DNA from: Balamuthia mandrillaris
Taxonomy: Eukaryota
Reading direction: 5' to 3'
DNA: 64,000 bases
Assembly: GCA_031835245.2 (NCBI GenBank)
Contig: JAVKOQ020000065.1
Coordinates: 1 to 64,000 of the forward strand
A program made the translations under genes and the position numbers. Position 1 is the first letter of the stretch; each line of letters starts with the position of its first letter. The notes under the pieces were generated by a model, which made no database searches, was not told the DNA's origin, and saw nothing but the letters and a program-made list of their open reading frames with translations. Positions 12,491 through 25,500 of this stretch are shown here, piece by piece.

Positions 12491-13719
12491 TCACTCCTTG
12501 GTCTGTTTGGCCTCTGGGTCGTCCTCCTTTTTCCTGGGGGTCAAGAAGGCGAAGGAGCTCAGCCTCTTGGAAAGACTGGGGGGAGGCTTGGACTTTTCCT
12601 GCTCAGGGCTCATCACCGTTTTGCCCTTCAGCTTGGCCACTTTCTCTACTGTCGTCCAGATGGCTCTGTTCAGCCCTTTTATCTGACATGCAAAGAGAGA
12701 GAGAGAGAGAGAGAGAAGGAGATGAGAAAGCCGTTTGTTGGGGAGTGGAGCAAAGGGACCGTACTGCTTCGCATGAGTACACGTTTTCTTGGAACTGTTG
12801 GGTGAGAGGGTCCTCCGCGGTGAACTTGAAGAGCTTGTCCTTTTCGCTGATGGTCCATTCCCTCACCTTTCTCCACTCAAAGTCTTCCACCAACACCTGT
12901 TATATGCGAGTGGGGGGAAGGGTCTCTGCGTCACGGGTACCACAACAATGAGAAAGAAAGAAACCATCGGCTTGTACCTCCGAATGGGGCTTCACCACTC
13001 TGATGCCCGCATCGCGAATGACCACCACTCTGTTCTTTCGGGCTTTCTTCGGAGTCACCCTCTGTTGTCATATCGACATGAGCAATGGTGAGTAAGAGCC
13101 CGCTTTCTGCGAGGTTAAGCCAACAACAGGTACCGTAACGTAAAAGCATGGAAGGCCTTCCAAAGTAGAAAAAAGAAGTTAGCAGCAATTTCGTTTTGGC
13201 AACCAAAGGGAGGTGGATGCTGTTACCTGCGGTGAGATCGGTATTGCCGAACAGCTCTCCTTCTTTCTCGTCCTCATCGCTGCTGCTGAAGTCGGACTCG
13301 AGGCGCCTTAGCTCAGCCCGATAGCGCAGAACCCTAGCGTTCTGTGCTTTGAGCTGTCTCTCATACTTTTTGGCGTTTCTCTCCGCGTGCCTGCATCTCG
13401 CCTTGAGCTTCATGATCTGAGCCCTTAGCTCTCTCAGCTCGTTTCTCTCTTCTTCTTCCGGTCCCTCTTCCTCTTTTTTTTCCTTTATCATGGCTGTTGA
13501 CTTGCGTTTGTGAAGCTCACGCATAGGGGCCAGACTGTCGACGCCCTTGCTGCCCTCTTCTTCGCCGTCGCTGTTGGCTCTCTTGCGATCCGAGGAATGT
13601 TTCTCCCGGTGCTGGCGGGCGGTCCCTGGAGACTCATCCCCTTTCTTGCGAGTACTCAGACTTTCGCTGTTGGAGAGGTCCAACCGCTTTCCATGTTTTC
13701 CGGGTTCAATGAGCGACAT
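12491..13719 (-). CDS. Coiled-coil protein with probable C-terminal PH-like (PTB/FERM-C) domain
   Basis: Exons join in frame via a 23-nt exon (13134-13156): ...TAGLPCFYVTRVTPKKARKNRVVVIRDAGIRVVKPHSEVLVEDFEWRKVREWTISEKDKLFKF...; TGA at 12491. Confidence 0.65.
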
Positions 13720-14325
13720 CTCGTCCGCAACGGTCAGGGCTGCTGGTCACGAAGGACTTGACCGTCTTCTTTTTATGCGGGATGTTGCTTGGCCGCAAAC
13801 AAAACCTTAAGGAGAAGAAACTCCAACGTAACCGTTCAAATAAAGGATTTGTGCGGTCGAAACGACGTTTACCATATTTAGGTAATGCTTCAATTCTCCC
13901 AATGGAAAATCAAAAAAGAAATCTTTTAAGATCATGATCGTTTATTTTCTTAGAAAAGGAAAATTACGTCCATATATCGATTTTTTGCGGACAAGCCACG
14001 AGATTTCATCGCCAAACCAACAGAAGAGAGAACAACAAACCAACGACGAAAAGCAGGCTGAGAGAGAGAGAACAACAGCCAAGCACGACGTTTTTGCTTT
14101 TGTGCTTCGTTTGAGTGAAGCGGGAGGGAAAGAGGAGGAGAGCAACAACAGCGTTGTTGTTTTTTCATTCGTCGTTCTCTATTTTTTTTTAAAAAAAAAC
14201 AGAAATCTTCAACAAAACTTAACAAAGAGGTGAAAAGAAGAGAGATCAAAAGCCTTTGTGTGTGTGTTTTTTTTTTTTAAAAAAAATCTGTTGTGCGATA
14301 GAAGAAGGAACAGAGAACGACAAAG

Positions 14326-17300
14326 ATGTTGCTCTGGCTGGTGGCGATGTTTCTGCTGGGAGGGGTGACTTCCCTCCTGGCCGCTGCCCTCTTCCTCTAC
14401 AACACCTTTGCTCTGGTGGACCGACGCATGGAGAGCAAGACCAAGGCGCTGGTTTCTGCTCAGCAAGAAACGCAGGCACACCTCGCTGCCTCTGAGAAAG
14501 ATGTGGTTTGTTATTATCATTTTGATTTGTTTATTCTCTGTTGATTTCGTTTTTTTAATAACTGTATTGTCCTGTGTCCTGTGTCCTGTGTCCTTTGTCC
14601 TTTGTCCTGTGTCCTGTGTCCTGTGTCCTGTGTCCTTTGTCCTTTGTCCTTTGTCCTTTGTCCTTGTCCCTCTTTTGTTATACTGGTTTCTTACGCTTGT
14701 TTTGTAAACGGTGAAGACAAGAGCCTCTTCAGCAGGAACCAACTTATTGCCAGAGCTAAAGGCCAAAGTGAAGTTGATACATGGGACGCCCTCCCCGTGG
14801 AGCAAGGAGCAGTTTAACTCAGTGCCCTGGACCATGGTAGTCCTCAAGACGAACATGCTCTTTCACTTTATGGACGAGAAAGAGGTATCTTGTCCCCTTT
14901 CTTCTTCTGTTCACATTTTTCCTTTCCTTTCATTTGCTTCCTCTTAATCTCGTGTCACTGCTCTTCTCTCCTTTTCTCATAGCCTGCTACTTTTGTTCTC
15001 TTTCTTCTTTTCTTTGCTAACCTTTTTAAATCCTTGCAGGCGACCGCTTGCACCATTGCTCGGCTTGACGGTTGCAGAGTGGACATTGTAAGAAAGCCGG
15101 GAAAGAAGAAGTTTTTTAAGAAGAGCTGTTTACATATTTACTCTGACGATCATGAGAAGGAACTGTTTCCAGAGACCAAACAAAACAGCTTCTATCTTTA
15201 CTTTCCTTCCAGTCGAGAGCTGGAAGAATGGTACTTTACTACCAATCATGCTGTTCTTGTAACTCTGCCGGTACTTATTTTTCGTTTCTTCATCCCGCTG
15301 CTTTTTTCTTCTTTATTAAGTTTATCTCACTTTTCATAAAAAACATTTCGAAACCTCAAGGATGAAGACACGTTGGATCGGTTACAAGGAGAGAACAGAT
15401 ACTTCAGCCATCTTTCAGCCACTCTGTCATCTGTCAGTGAAGTCAACTGCGACTGGTTCAATGCTCTTTTTGCCAGAATATTTTGGGGAGTGCACAGCCA
15501 CCCTGTATTTCTTGACTTGGTCACAGAAAAACTGAAAAAGAAAATTGCCAAGTTGAAGAAACAAAAGTTTGTGGTGCGTGTTTGCTTCGGGATGCGTGCC
15601 TCCTCTCTCTATCTCTCATCACTATTTCTTTATCATATATGTAGGAAGCAATTAATCTCATCGATGTATCTGTTGGTCCCAATCTTCCTTTGATCAAGAA
15701 CTTATCCTTCAACCACATTACACCCCAAGGCGCTCTGGTACTACACCTCCTCCTTTCTCATTCCCTCTTATGCTGACGAGATTATTTTCGCTTTTTTTCT
15801 TCCAAGAATGCGGATGCAGACGTTGAATACAAGGGAGGCTTTCGCTTGAAGATAGAAATTCAACTGAAAGTGGAGCTTCCACTCGCTTCTCCCATTATTG
15901 TTCCTGTCCGTGTTCAAGCCACCGTTCGTTCCATCGTTGGGAGAGTAAATATCTCCTTTGTCCTGCCTTGTCAACCATTTAAACTAACTGTGTTGTGTAT
16001 TGTTAAACAAATACAAGGTAAATTTCAGGTGTGCTCCTCCTCCAGCCAAACGATTTTGGTTGGGCTTCTACGAGGAACCAACGTGCTTGCTAGACATTCA
16101 CACAGAGTTTGGGCGAGACTACAAAGTGGTCAACATTCCGGCTTTGGCCCGCATCATTGTAAATAGAATCAAGCAGCAAATCATCAAGAAGCTGGTGCTG
16201 CCCGCGATGGACGACTATCCTCTTCCTCGTATCCCTGATTCTGTGATGCGTAAACGCGGTATGATGACTTCGTCTTCTTTGTCGTCATCAGTATCTGCAG
16301 CTATGCAAACTCCATCTTCCTCTTCTTCCTCCTCCTCATCTTCCTCATCTTCTTCATCATCCTCTTCTATTGTTTCTACAACCTCCGTCACTCCCTCCGC
16401 TTCCAAGAAAGAGAAAATTACAGATCAGCCAACAGTAATGAAAACCTCACCAACAAAAGTTGTGGCTGTTTCCTCGTCTTCAAGCATTAGCTGTAAAAAT
16501 CAGCCGACTACAACAACGCTCACACAACGGAAACGAACTCCCAGTAAATCCTTTTCTGCTTCCTCTGTTGTCTCTGCTGTCATTTCCTCTTCATCTACAT
16601 CGTCTACTTCCACATCTCGCGCAAAGAGCAAAAAATCTACTGCTCGTCGAGGTACTACGTCATCGACAGCATCATCTCGTAGGAAAAACTCGGCGCCGAA
16701 AGTCACAGAAATGAAAGTTTTTGGGGGATCTTCTCCAGAAGATTTTGGTTCAGATGACGAAGATTTGCTTGGGAAAGATGAACAAGAAGATGAAGCACGG
16801 ATTAAAGAGGAAGAAGAAGAATCGGAAGGCTATTCTTTGACCGAAACTGAAGAAGAAGCAGACGAAGAAAAAGCAGCAACTATGACTAAGGAACAATCAA
16901 AAGTGGGAAAGAAGCTGAATGAAGATAGCACCAAAGCTGAGGAAGAAAACGCCAAAAACAACAAAAAGAAAGATGAACAAGCAATTTACAATCTCTCTCA
17001 GACCCCTGCTGAAGAGGATGACATAAACAGCAGTAATCCTATTTCTACAGAAACTAGCAGCAACATTAACATTGCCTCACAAAGAGATATTCCTCAAAAA
17101 AGCGAGCTTTCTCCTCCGCAACAACACCGGCAACAAACATCTCCTTCTTCTTCTCCTCCATTTTTTATTTCTTCTTCCTCTTCGTCCAAAGCGCAACACA
17201 AACAGGACGATAGGCTCTTTGACTGGATGAACGAGCCTACAACAATTGCCGATCCTCTTGCCGCCTCATCTTCTGTTTCTTCTTCCGCTTCTTCCACTTC

Positions 17301-18393
17301 TTCTTGTTCTTCTTCTTCCTCTTCTTCTTCCTCTTCTTCTTTCTCTACTTCTTCCTCTTCCTCTTCTTCTTCTGCTGCTTTGCCTATTCCAGCGTCTTCT
17401 TCATCTTCCTCCTCCGTTTCTTCCTCTCCATTCATTGGTAGTTTAGAAGAGCTGCTTCAACATCCAGACATTGAAAAGGAAACAGCGGACTCGCGCCAAC
17501 GAAAATCCTCCTTTAACACGCGCCCGAGAACATCTTCATCATTAGAGAAAGAGACTCGGTCTTCTCGCTCCAACTCAACTGACTCTAACAATGACGAGGA
17601 CCCTTTGCATGACCCTCTGTTGTCACCTCCTATCAGTAAAAGGCCTCCTCCTTCTAAACCTATCCCAACCCCCGCTTTACCTGTTTTACCTCCCTCAACC
17701 TCCTCTTTCTCTCCTGCTCAATCTCCTCCGTCATCTTCTCCTCCTCCTTCCTCGTCTTCTTCTGATGCCTCTTTGACCCCTCAACCATCTTCAACTCTCT
17801 CATCTACCGCTCCTTCCTCTTCTCTAATTTCTTCAACTTCGTCTTCCTCATCTGCATTCCCTTCTATTTCAGTCGCTTCTTCTGAGGATTCTGCTTCTTC
17901 CTTTGACCTTTTTGCACCGTCATCTACTTCTTCATCTTCTGCGAAGTCTTCAAAATATCGTAATACGTCTCCATTATTACCATCATTCTTTTCAGGCGAA
18001 GAAAACAAGCTGAACAAAAACCCCACCATCGACCCTTTCTCTGATGCTCTCTTTGATGCTCCATCCTCCTCATTCTCCTCTTCTGCTTCCTCTTCTTCAT
18101 CTTCCTCCTCCGCCTCTTCATCTTCTTCCTCCTCAGCGGCCTCATTATCCACCTCCACTTCGCCACCAAAGAAAAACGTTTTCGGCTCCCTCTTTGGCAG
18201 AGTGGAAGCGGAGATGACGTCCCTAAAGTCCAAGGTGGCCGCAAACGCGGCCAAACGCAAGAGCCAACGTTTGCAAAGGCAGCAAAAACAGCAACAACAA
18301 CAACAAGGCAACAACAACAACGCCAACAACAACAACAACGATAACAGCAACATCGACACCAACGCCCTGGCTGATTTTCTGTCCATGAAGTAA
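14326..18393 (+). CDS. TEX2/Nvj2-like membrane-contact lipid-transfer protein (TM + PH + SMP, long Ser-rich tail)
   Basis: N-terminal TM; PH-like ...FYLYFPSSRELEEWY; SMP signatures CDWFNALFARIFW, VGPNLPLI, VEYKGGF, PPPAKRFWLGFYEEP, LVLPAMDDYPLP. Confidence 0.82.
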
Positions 18394-18708
18394 GCGTCAC
18401 AGGTTATGCATTATAAAAAACACTGGTTGACTTTTTTTTTGTTAATTCATTAATTATGATATATATTAATTTAAATAGTTGATTTATATGTTTAGGCGGT
18501 AATGCTCCCTTTTGGTCGGTATCACGGCGGGCAAAAAATAAAAAAACAATAGAAGTTAAACAAGGAGGTAAAGCAAAAAAGAAGGAACGGAAGCAAAAAA
18601 AAAAAAGAAACAATAAAAGACCAAAGGAGAGGAAGAGGGAGGACAAAATAACAATATAGAAAAGAGAGAGAATAAGTAAATAATTGCGGGGGAGGGAGAA
18701 AAAAAAAG

Positions 18709-21700
18709 ATGGCGGAAAGAAAAGAAAGAGGAGGAGATGAGTACCAGGAATTGTTGATCAGGAACCAGGCCTTGCAGAGGCAAGTGGATGACCTGCTTCG
18801 CGCGAAAGAGGCGGCAAAGATCAAAGTTAGGGTACGTCGTTTGCTGTCAACAACAAAAAAAAAAACGTTCCCTTCAAACATGATTATTTTATTGAGTTTT
18901 AACAAAAACTATAAAAGACGGCTATTCAAGAGTTGGTGGATGAGAACAAGGAACTCAGATTAGAAATAGAAGAACTGCGGGTATGTTATTTTGGGGTCGA
19001 ATTTTTTTCAATTGAACCTCATTCTCACACTATCAATTTGCACTCCTCTCTGCGTTCTTTATGTTGTGCTCTTCGCTGTTCATCCTCTCTTCATCGTTCT
19101 CTTCATCGTTCTCTTCATCGTTCTCTTCTCTTCATCGTTCCCTTCTCTTCATCGTTCTCTTCTCTTCATCGTTCTCTTCTCTCGCCTCTCGCCTCTCGCC
19201 TCTCGCCTCTCGCCTCTCGCCTCTCGCCTCTCGCCTCTCGCCTCTCGCCTCTCGCCTCTCGCCTCTCGCCTCTCGCCTCTCTCATAACACTCTCTTCTCT
19301 CTCTGAACAAACAAAAGGCGCAATTGGTGTTGTTGTTGAAAGACAAGAAGAAAGCGGCAAGAATGAGCACCCACCAGGGAAGCGCAAGCGGAGGCCTCGC
19401 GGTTGATTCCTCCTCTCATAATGGCGGTGGAGGAAACACCACCACAGATCACACCGACTCGGAGGACCGTTCCGAGATAAGCTGTAGAGATATAGAAGAT
19501 GAGGAAGGAGCAGATGATGCCAGTGAGAAGGATGTGGATAATGCAAGAGCGGAGGAGGAGGAAGAGCAAGAACCTGATGAGAGGAGATTGCGTTCGGACT
19601 CCACTTTTGATGAGGATTTGGTATTGCTCGCTTCACATCCTTTCTTGTCTTTTCTTTCTTTCTTACTTTCGTGTTGTTTCTCTCTTTCCTGCTTCATGTT
19701 CACATTCTTGTTTATCAACAAAAAATAGACAGCGGAAAGCGAACAGTCCGAAACAGAATGTCCTTCTCCTTTGATGTCTCCGCATTCCAGGGACAGACCT
19801 CCGCATCAACACAGATCAAAGGCACGAATGGGCACCACCAGCAAGCTCGGCAGCAGGCTGGGCATAAGCACCGAGGAGTTGACCCATCATCTCAAGAACA
19901 AGCCCACAGCCTTGACCATGGAGGAGGATGGTCTCATCATGATGATGAACGAATATGAGTACGTCTCTTTCTCTCTTCTCTTCATCGTTCACTTCTCCTG
20001 AAAGTGATTTTTAATGACGTGTTTTTTTTTTCTATTGTTTTTGTTTGTTAAGTGACTCCATCGAGATAAAAGGAGGAACATTGGAGAAGCTCGTTGAGCG
20101 ACTTTATCACGAGGACACCCCCAAAAAATGTTCTTTCCTTCACCCATTCTATGTAACAAAATCCTCTGTATTTTTTTGACTTTTTCTTTTTTGCTTTTAC
20201 TATATAGCTCCAGAATATGTGACAACCTTTATCCTTACTTACCGTGCCTTTGCCAAAATAGAGAACGTTCTTACATTGTTGATGAATGCATATCCTTTTC
20301 TGTTCTTGTTCTTCTCGTTCTTCTTCTTCTTGTTCTTCTTCTTGTTCTTGTTCTTGTTCTTGTTCTTGTTCTTGTTCTTGTTCTTGTTCTTGTTCTTCTT
20401 GTTCTTCTTGTTCTTGTTCTTCTTGTTCTTGTTCTTGTTCTTGTTCTTGTTCTTCTTCTTCTTCTTCTTCTTCTTCTTCTTCTTCTTCTTCTTCTTGGTT
20501 GATTTCTCTTATGTTCATTAAATGTTCCTTAACTGCAATATCTACTTATAACGCCCATAGCAACGATTTAGATGACCCAAACAACAGGAATGTTCGAGGA
20601 AGGATCACCAAAGTCATCGAACAATGGGCAGAACTTCAACAGGAGGACTTTTCCTCTCCCTCATCCGACCCTGGCGTCTCCGAGTTTATGGAATTTATCA
20701 AAACTACGGTGGCGGATGTGGATGGGGCTCATACCTCTTCGTACATTCGGAAGTTGTTCAAACCGGAAGAACAACGTCCGTTCCCTACTGTTCTATTCTC
20801 TGGATCGGTAAACATGCTCATTTTTAATTATCCCTTCTCTTCTTCTTTCTCTCTGTTTCTTTTTCTCATCCACCTTTTTATCCCTTTGCAAAGCCTGTAA
20901 TGGACATGGGTCGCAGACATTCTCTCGCCACTATGAACAATCTCAGCAACTCTGGCGTTACACGCACCAGAAAGGAGCTCGGCAAAAGCAAAGCTCCCAA
21001 ACCAATGCTCCCCAAAGCCATCAGCAAAACTCCGGCAACGGCAGGCTCTCCAGCCAAGTATCATTTCACGCTGGAAGACATCGAGGCCACTGAACTCGCG
21101 CGTCAACTTACTATAATGCACTATGAGATCTTTAGAAGGATTAGACCCAGAGAGTATAATGGCTGTGCTTGGACGAAACCCAACAAGCACAAGACTTCAT
21201 CGCACTTGTTAGCCATGATACACATGTTTAACGAGGTTTGTTTCGCTCTTCATATTTTTTTCTTTGATTCATTTTCTTATCATTGTTTTGCTTTTGTTTC
21301 AGACAAGCAAATGGGTACAATACTCCATCCTTCAAGGCAAGAGCGCAAAGAAACGAGCTTTGATTGTCGACAAGTTCGTTAAAATTGCTGCGGTACATTT
21401 CTTACTCTAAACTGTTAAGAAAGTCGGGCAAAAGAAAACAGGCATATCACTAATCAACTTACTGTTCTTTCGTTCTTGAAGGTTTTCCACAAATTGAAAA
21501 ACTACAATGGAGTTATGGCCATAGTGTCCGCGATGGAGGCTGCTTCAGTGCACAGACTGGAGCAAACTTTTGAGGTACTTTTCTTTCTTTCTCTTCTGGT
21601 TGACATTCTCCAAACTGACTTTCTGTATTTGCCGTGCTGTTGCGTTAACAGAAAGTAAAAGATAAACAAAGAGAAAAGTATTCTGAGCTCAAGCAATTAG

Positions 21701-22198
21701 TAAGTGGGGCCTGCGGTTACAAACTCTTGCGAGAGGAAATAGCCAAAGCAGAGCCTCCCGTTGTCCCTTACATGGGTAAACTTTGTCTTTGTTGTGTTTT
21801 ACCTCGTTATGCGATTACTTATACGTGGAAAATTTTTTTAGGAATGTATCTTACCGATTTTACCAACATGGAAGAGGGCCAGAAGAACACTCTTGAGCCA
21901 AAGTATCCCAACTACCTCAACTTTGAAAAAAGGATGATGATAGCCAAGGCCATGAAGAGCATTGCCAAACAGCAGTCTGCTGGTTCGTTTTATCTTCGTT
22001 CTCTTGTCTTCTCGTTTTTCTTTTCAAACTCTGCTTTCTCTTATTTGTTCTCTCTTCGTAGAATACGCCCTTGCTCCGGTTGAAAGCATCCGCAGCTGGC
22101 TCAAGAGCCAAATCGACCAGTTCGGCAACATCGGCGAAGACCAACTTTATCAAATGTCCCAAGAAGTGGAGCCTCGCGAAGCTGATTCCACATTCTAG
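18709..22198 (+). CDS. Ras guanine-nucleotide exchange factor (REM + CDC25 domains)
   Basis: REM: GGTLEKLVERL, FILTYRAF; CDC25: ELARQLTIMHYEIFRRI, LKNYNGVMAIVSAM, PPVVPYMGMYLTDF, LNFEKRMM, LYQMSQEVEPR. Confidence 0.92.
19180..19282. repeat. Intronic (CTCGCCT)n heptamer array
   Basis: Tandem array in a RasGEF intron. Confidence 0.9.
20290..20545 (+). other. U12-type AT-AC intron in RasGEF REM domain
   Basis: ATATCCTTTT at 20290, branch TTCCTTAAC 20525-20533, AC at 20544-20545; splicing gives in-frame LLMNA-YNAHSND. Confidence 0.9.
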
Positions 22199-22525
22199 GC
22201 AATCGCTAACATTAACCATCCCTCTCTTTTTTGAACCCACCATTTTATTTTTTTAACAACACGTTTTGTTTGTACACGAATGCATGGCATGCAAAGGGGG
22301 CGAAAAAAAAACCGCCAAAACCAATTTATTTTTTTTGGCTTTTCTGCTACACTTTTTTCTTCTTTTAAAAAAAGAGTAGCAGCAAAAAAGGCAAGAGGAA
22401 CGTTCGTCCGCGTGTGGGTGTGGGTGTACAGGCTGCTCCAGAAGAGCGTAGAGAGGAGCTAGCAAGCGTAGCGCGGCAGGTTTGTTTTTTTTTTAAAGGG
22501 GAGGTGGAAGGAAGAAGGAAGTGGG

Positions 22526-25500
22526 ATGAATCCGAACGAACTATCGTTTGACTCGCCGTTCAAGAGAACGCTTCCGTCTCGGGCGAGATCAAAGGTACTG
22601 TCGCTTTTTTTTACCTGTTTAATGATTCTTCTTTCCTCGAGAATTGCCTTTGTTCCTTCTGTTCTTCACTCTCCTGGAATAACGGGACTGAAAAGACTTT
22701 ATTCTATGGTTTGTGATGGACTACAGGATTTGGAAGAGGAGTTGGATGAATTGCGAAGACAGTTTAGCCAGAAAAAGAACCAATGCGACTCCCTGGAAGC
22801 AGAGGTTAAAGCGCTTCAAGAGGGACAAAAAAGTCATGCACAGTCTCACGAGCAAGCATTGAGAGAAGTGCGCAAGCTCTTCTCTTCTTTCCTTCTATTC
22901 TTCTCTCTCTCTCTCTCTCTCTCTCCCTCTTTCTCTTATGATGAGTTAACAAAATGCTTTTCAATAGATAACGGCACTGGAAACCAAAAATTCACAACTA
23001 TGTGAGAAAATAGAGAAGCGCGAAAAGACGTTGAAATCAAAGGAAGAGGAACTGGGGATTCTTAAGGCTCAGCTTTACAACACCACAGCTCAGAACGATC
23101 AGGAGAAAGAACACACGTCGGCTCTATCGCAAGGTAATACACCGTCTCGAAACACGTTGGCCTTTTGCTGAGTCTTGGCTTACGCTTAGCTTTTCTGCAT
23201 TTTAACAGAGCTGGTGCTATTAGCGAGCAAAACAGAGAAGGAACATGAAAAAGTAGAACATGTCGTTGCCGAGTTGAAGCGAGTACAAACTCTCTCTGTC
23301 AACTTGCAAGGACAACTTGCACAGAAGGAGGAGGAATGCGAGCACCTGAAAGGACAATTGCTCCAGACGGAGAAAGAGTTGCTGGTCAGAGACGCAGAAT
23401 ACTCCAAGAACTCCCAATCGCTGGAGCTTCACGTCGGCTCCCAGACACGAGAGCAGCAGTCACGCCTGCTTGATCTTCAAGCCCAGCTCCAAGCCCAACA
23501 GGAGGAAGCGGAGGTACAACGCAGGCAACTTTTGGGCCAACTCACAACGAGCTCCGAACAGCTCATCGACAAAGCCAACGAAGTAGAGCAACTCCATAAG
23601 GAGTTGGCGGAGCTGCAAACCAAGCTACAAAAGGCGGAGCAGTCCAGACAGAGCGAGCTGAGCGGGTTGGAGAAGGGACAGCAGGATCTTCTCGTGGCCA
23701 ATACGTTGTTGGAAAGGGAGAACAATCGTCATCAAGCATTGATAGAGGAGTTGCGTATGCAAGTGGCGGCTCTGCAAGAGCAAAAGATGGAGAGGGAGAA
23801 AGAGCTACTACAGAAGGAAAAATGCATAGAGGAATTCGCTAGGCTCCATAAGGAGCAGGAAGAGGCGTTCAAGGTGGAGCATAGGCAAATGGCCCTTTCG
23901 GAGCGTTTGCTGGATGACCAGGAGCAACTCAAGAGAGAAAATGAAAAGCTGAGGCAAACGATAAATGAGCTTCGTGGCAACGCCAACATCGCGGAGGCGG
24001 GATGGGAGGAGAAGATAAGCAAGTTGAAGGAAGATAAGAAGTGCTTAGAAAGGAGTTTAATGGAGCTGAGACAAAGCAAGGACACTCACGAGGATCAATC
24101 GAAGCATTTACGAGAACAAATGGCGGAGAAAGAGAATGCTATCCGCAACCAACGTCAAGAGATAGAGCAATTGCAGGCCACTATCCGCCAGTTGGAATCT
24201 CAGAAAAAGGATTTCTTTGGCACTGCAGCAGAGAGCAGCAAAGCGTTGAAGGATGAGTACGAGCAGAAGATGCAAAGTTTGAGGAAGGAGCGTATTGAAT
24301 TTGAACACCTTCACAAGAGTGTTCTTGCGGGCAAGGAAGATGATATTGAGCAACTAGGAAAGGAGCTGAGGGAGGAAAAGAGCAAAGTGAGAGAACTTTC
24401 GCAGCAGTTGATGGATGTTCTTGCAAAGGGCGAACAAGCTACCAAACGGGCTTCTGGAATGGAAGAAGAACATTCGGCTCTCCGTCAGCAGAACCAAAAG
24501 CTTCAGAAGGAAGTGCAGGAGCTAGAGCGACTTTTGAAGGAGATTCAGGAACGCAGCCAACACTCTCTTTCCTTTTCGGCGGAAGAAAGAGAGCAGTTGG
24601 AGAATGAGAACAATGAGCTGAAGAAGATGGTAGCGGACCAACAATGCACCATAAAGAACTACTTGACTGCCATCGAGCAGAAAAATCAACAGCTTGAAGA
24701 AATTCACACCTCTTTTGAAGCTGAGAAGAAAAGACTAGTTGCTGCGTTGGAAGAGGAAGTTGAAAAGGAGGACAATGATGCCGCAATCGCGGAAGTACGC
24801 TCCGAGAACGACGCTCTTCGCGCCAACATTGATGCGCTACGCAGCAAGCTCGAAGCCAAAGAGGAGGAAGTTGAGACCTTGAGGAAAGAAATGACCGTTG
24901 AGTTGCAACGAAGGAACCAGCATATTGAGTCCATCGAAGAAGAACTATTTGCTGCCCAAGCAGAAAAACAGCGGCTTGCTTCTGAACTTAGCGTATGTCA
25001 ACGTTGCTACTCGCTTGACTCTGTTTTATTGTTAATTTTCTCTTCTTCCATTTGGTTGAAATAGGACGCGCAGTGCAAGGCCAGCAACCTGGAATGCACG
25101 TTGGAGCGTGCAAAATACCAGGATGGTGAGCTGAGCGCTTGCAAAGAGGAGCTGGAAAAGGCTCGCAAGGCGTACGAATCCTGCGAGGAAACTCTCTCCA
25201 AAGCCAAAGAGGAGGCTCTTCTCTTGGAAGAGCGCGCTCTAAATCTCGAGCTTCAGGTCGAACGTCTCCAAACTCGTCTCGCCGAAGACAAAGAGACCCA
25301 CCAATCCGCGATCCGGGAGCTGGAGGCTGCTCGTCGACGAGAGGCAGAGGAGACTGAAGCCGCTCTTTGCGAGATGCAAGAGGAGCTCGAGAAACTGACG
25401 GCAGAGAGCAAGCAACACCCAGAACAGACCAAGTTGTTGCAGCAGCTGCAAATGCAAATCCAAGAGCAGGAGGCCGTCAGAACCAGGCAAGAGAAGCAGA

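Noticed and set aside
19061..20521. Low-complexity ORFs (SRLSPLA, poly-F/L, poly-K, ERER and similar across the window)
   Set aside because: They are translations of intronic microsatellites
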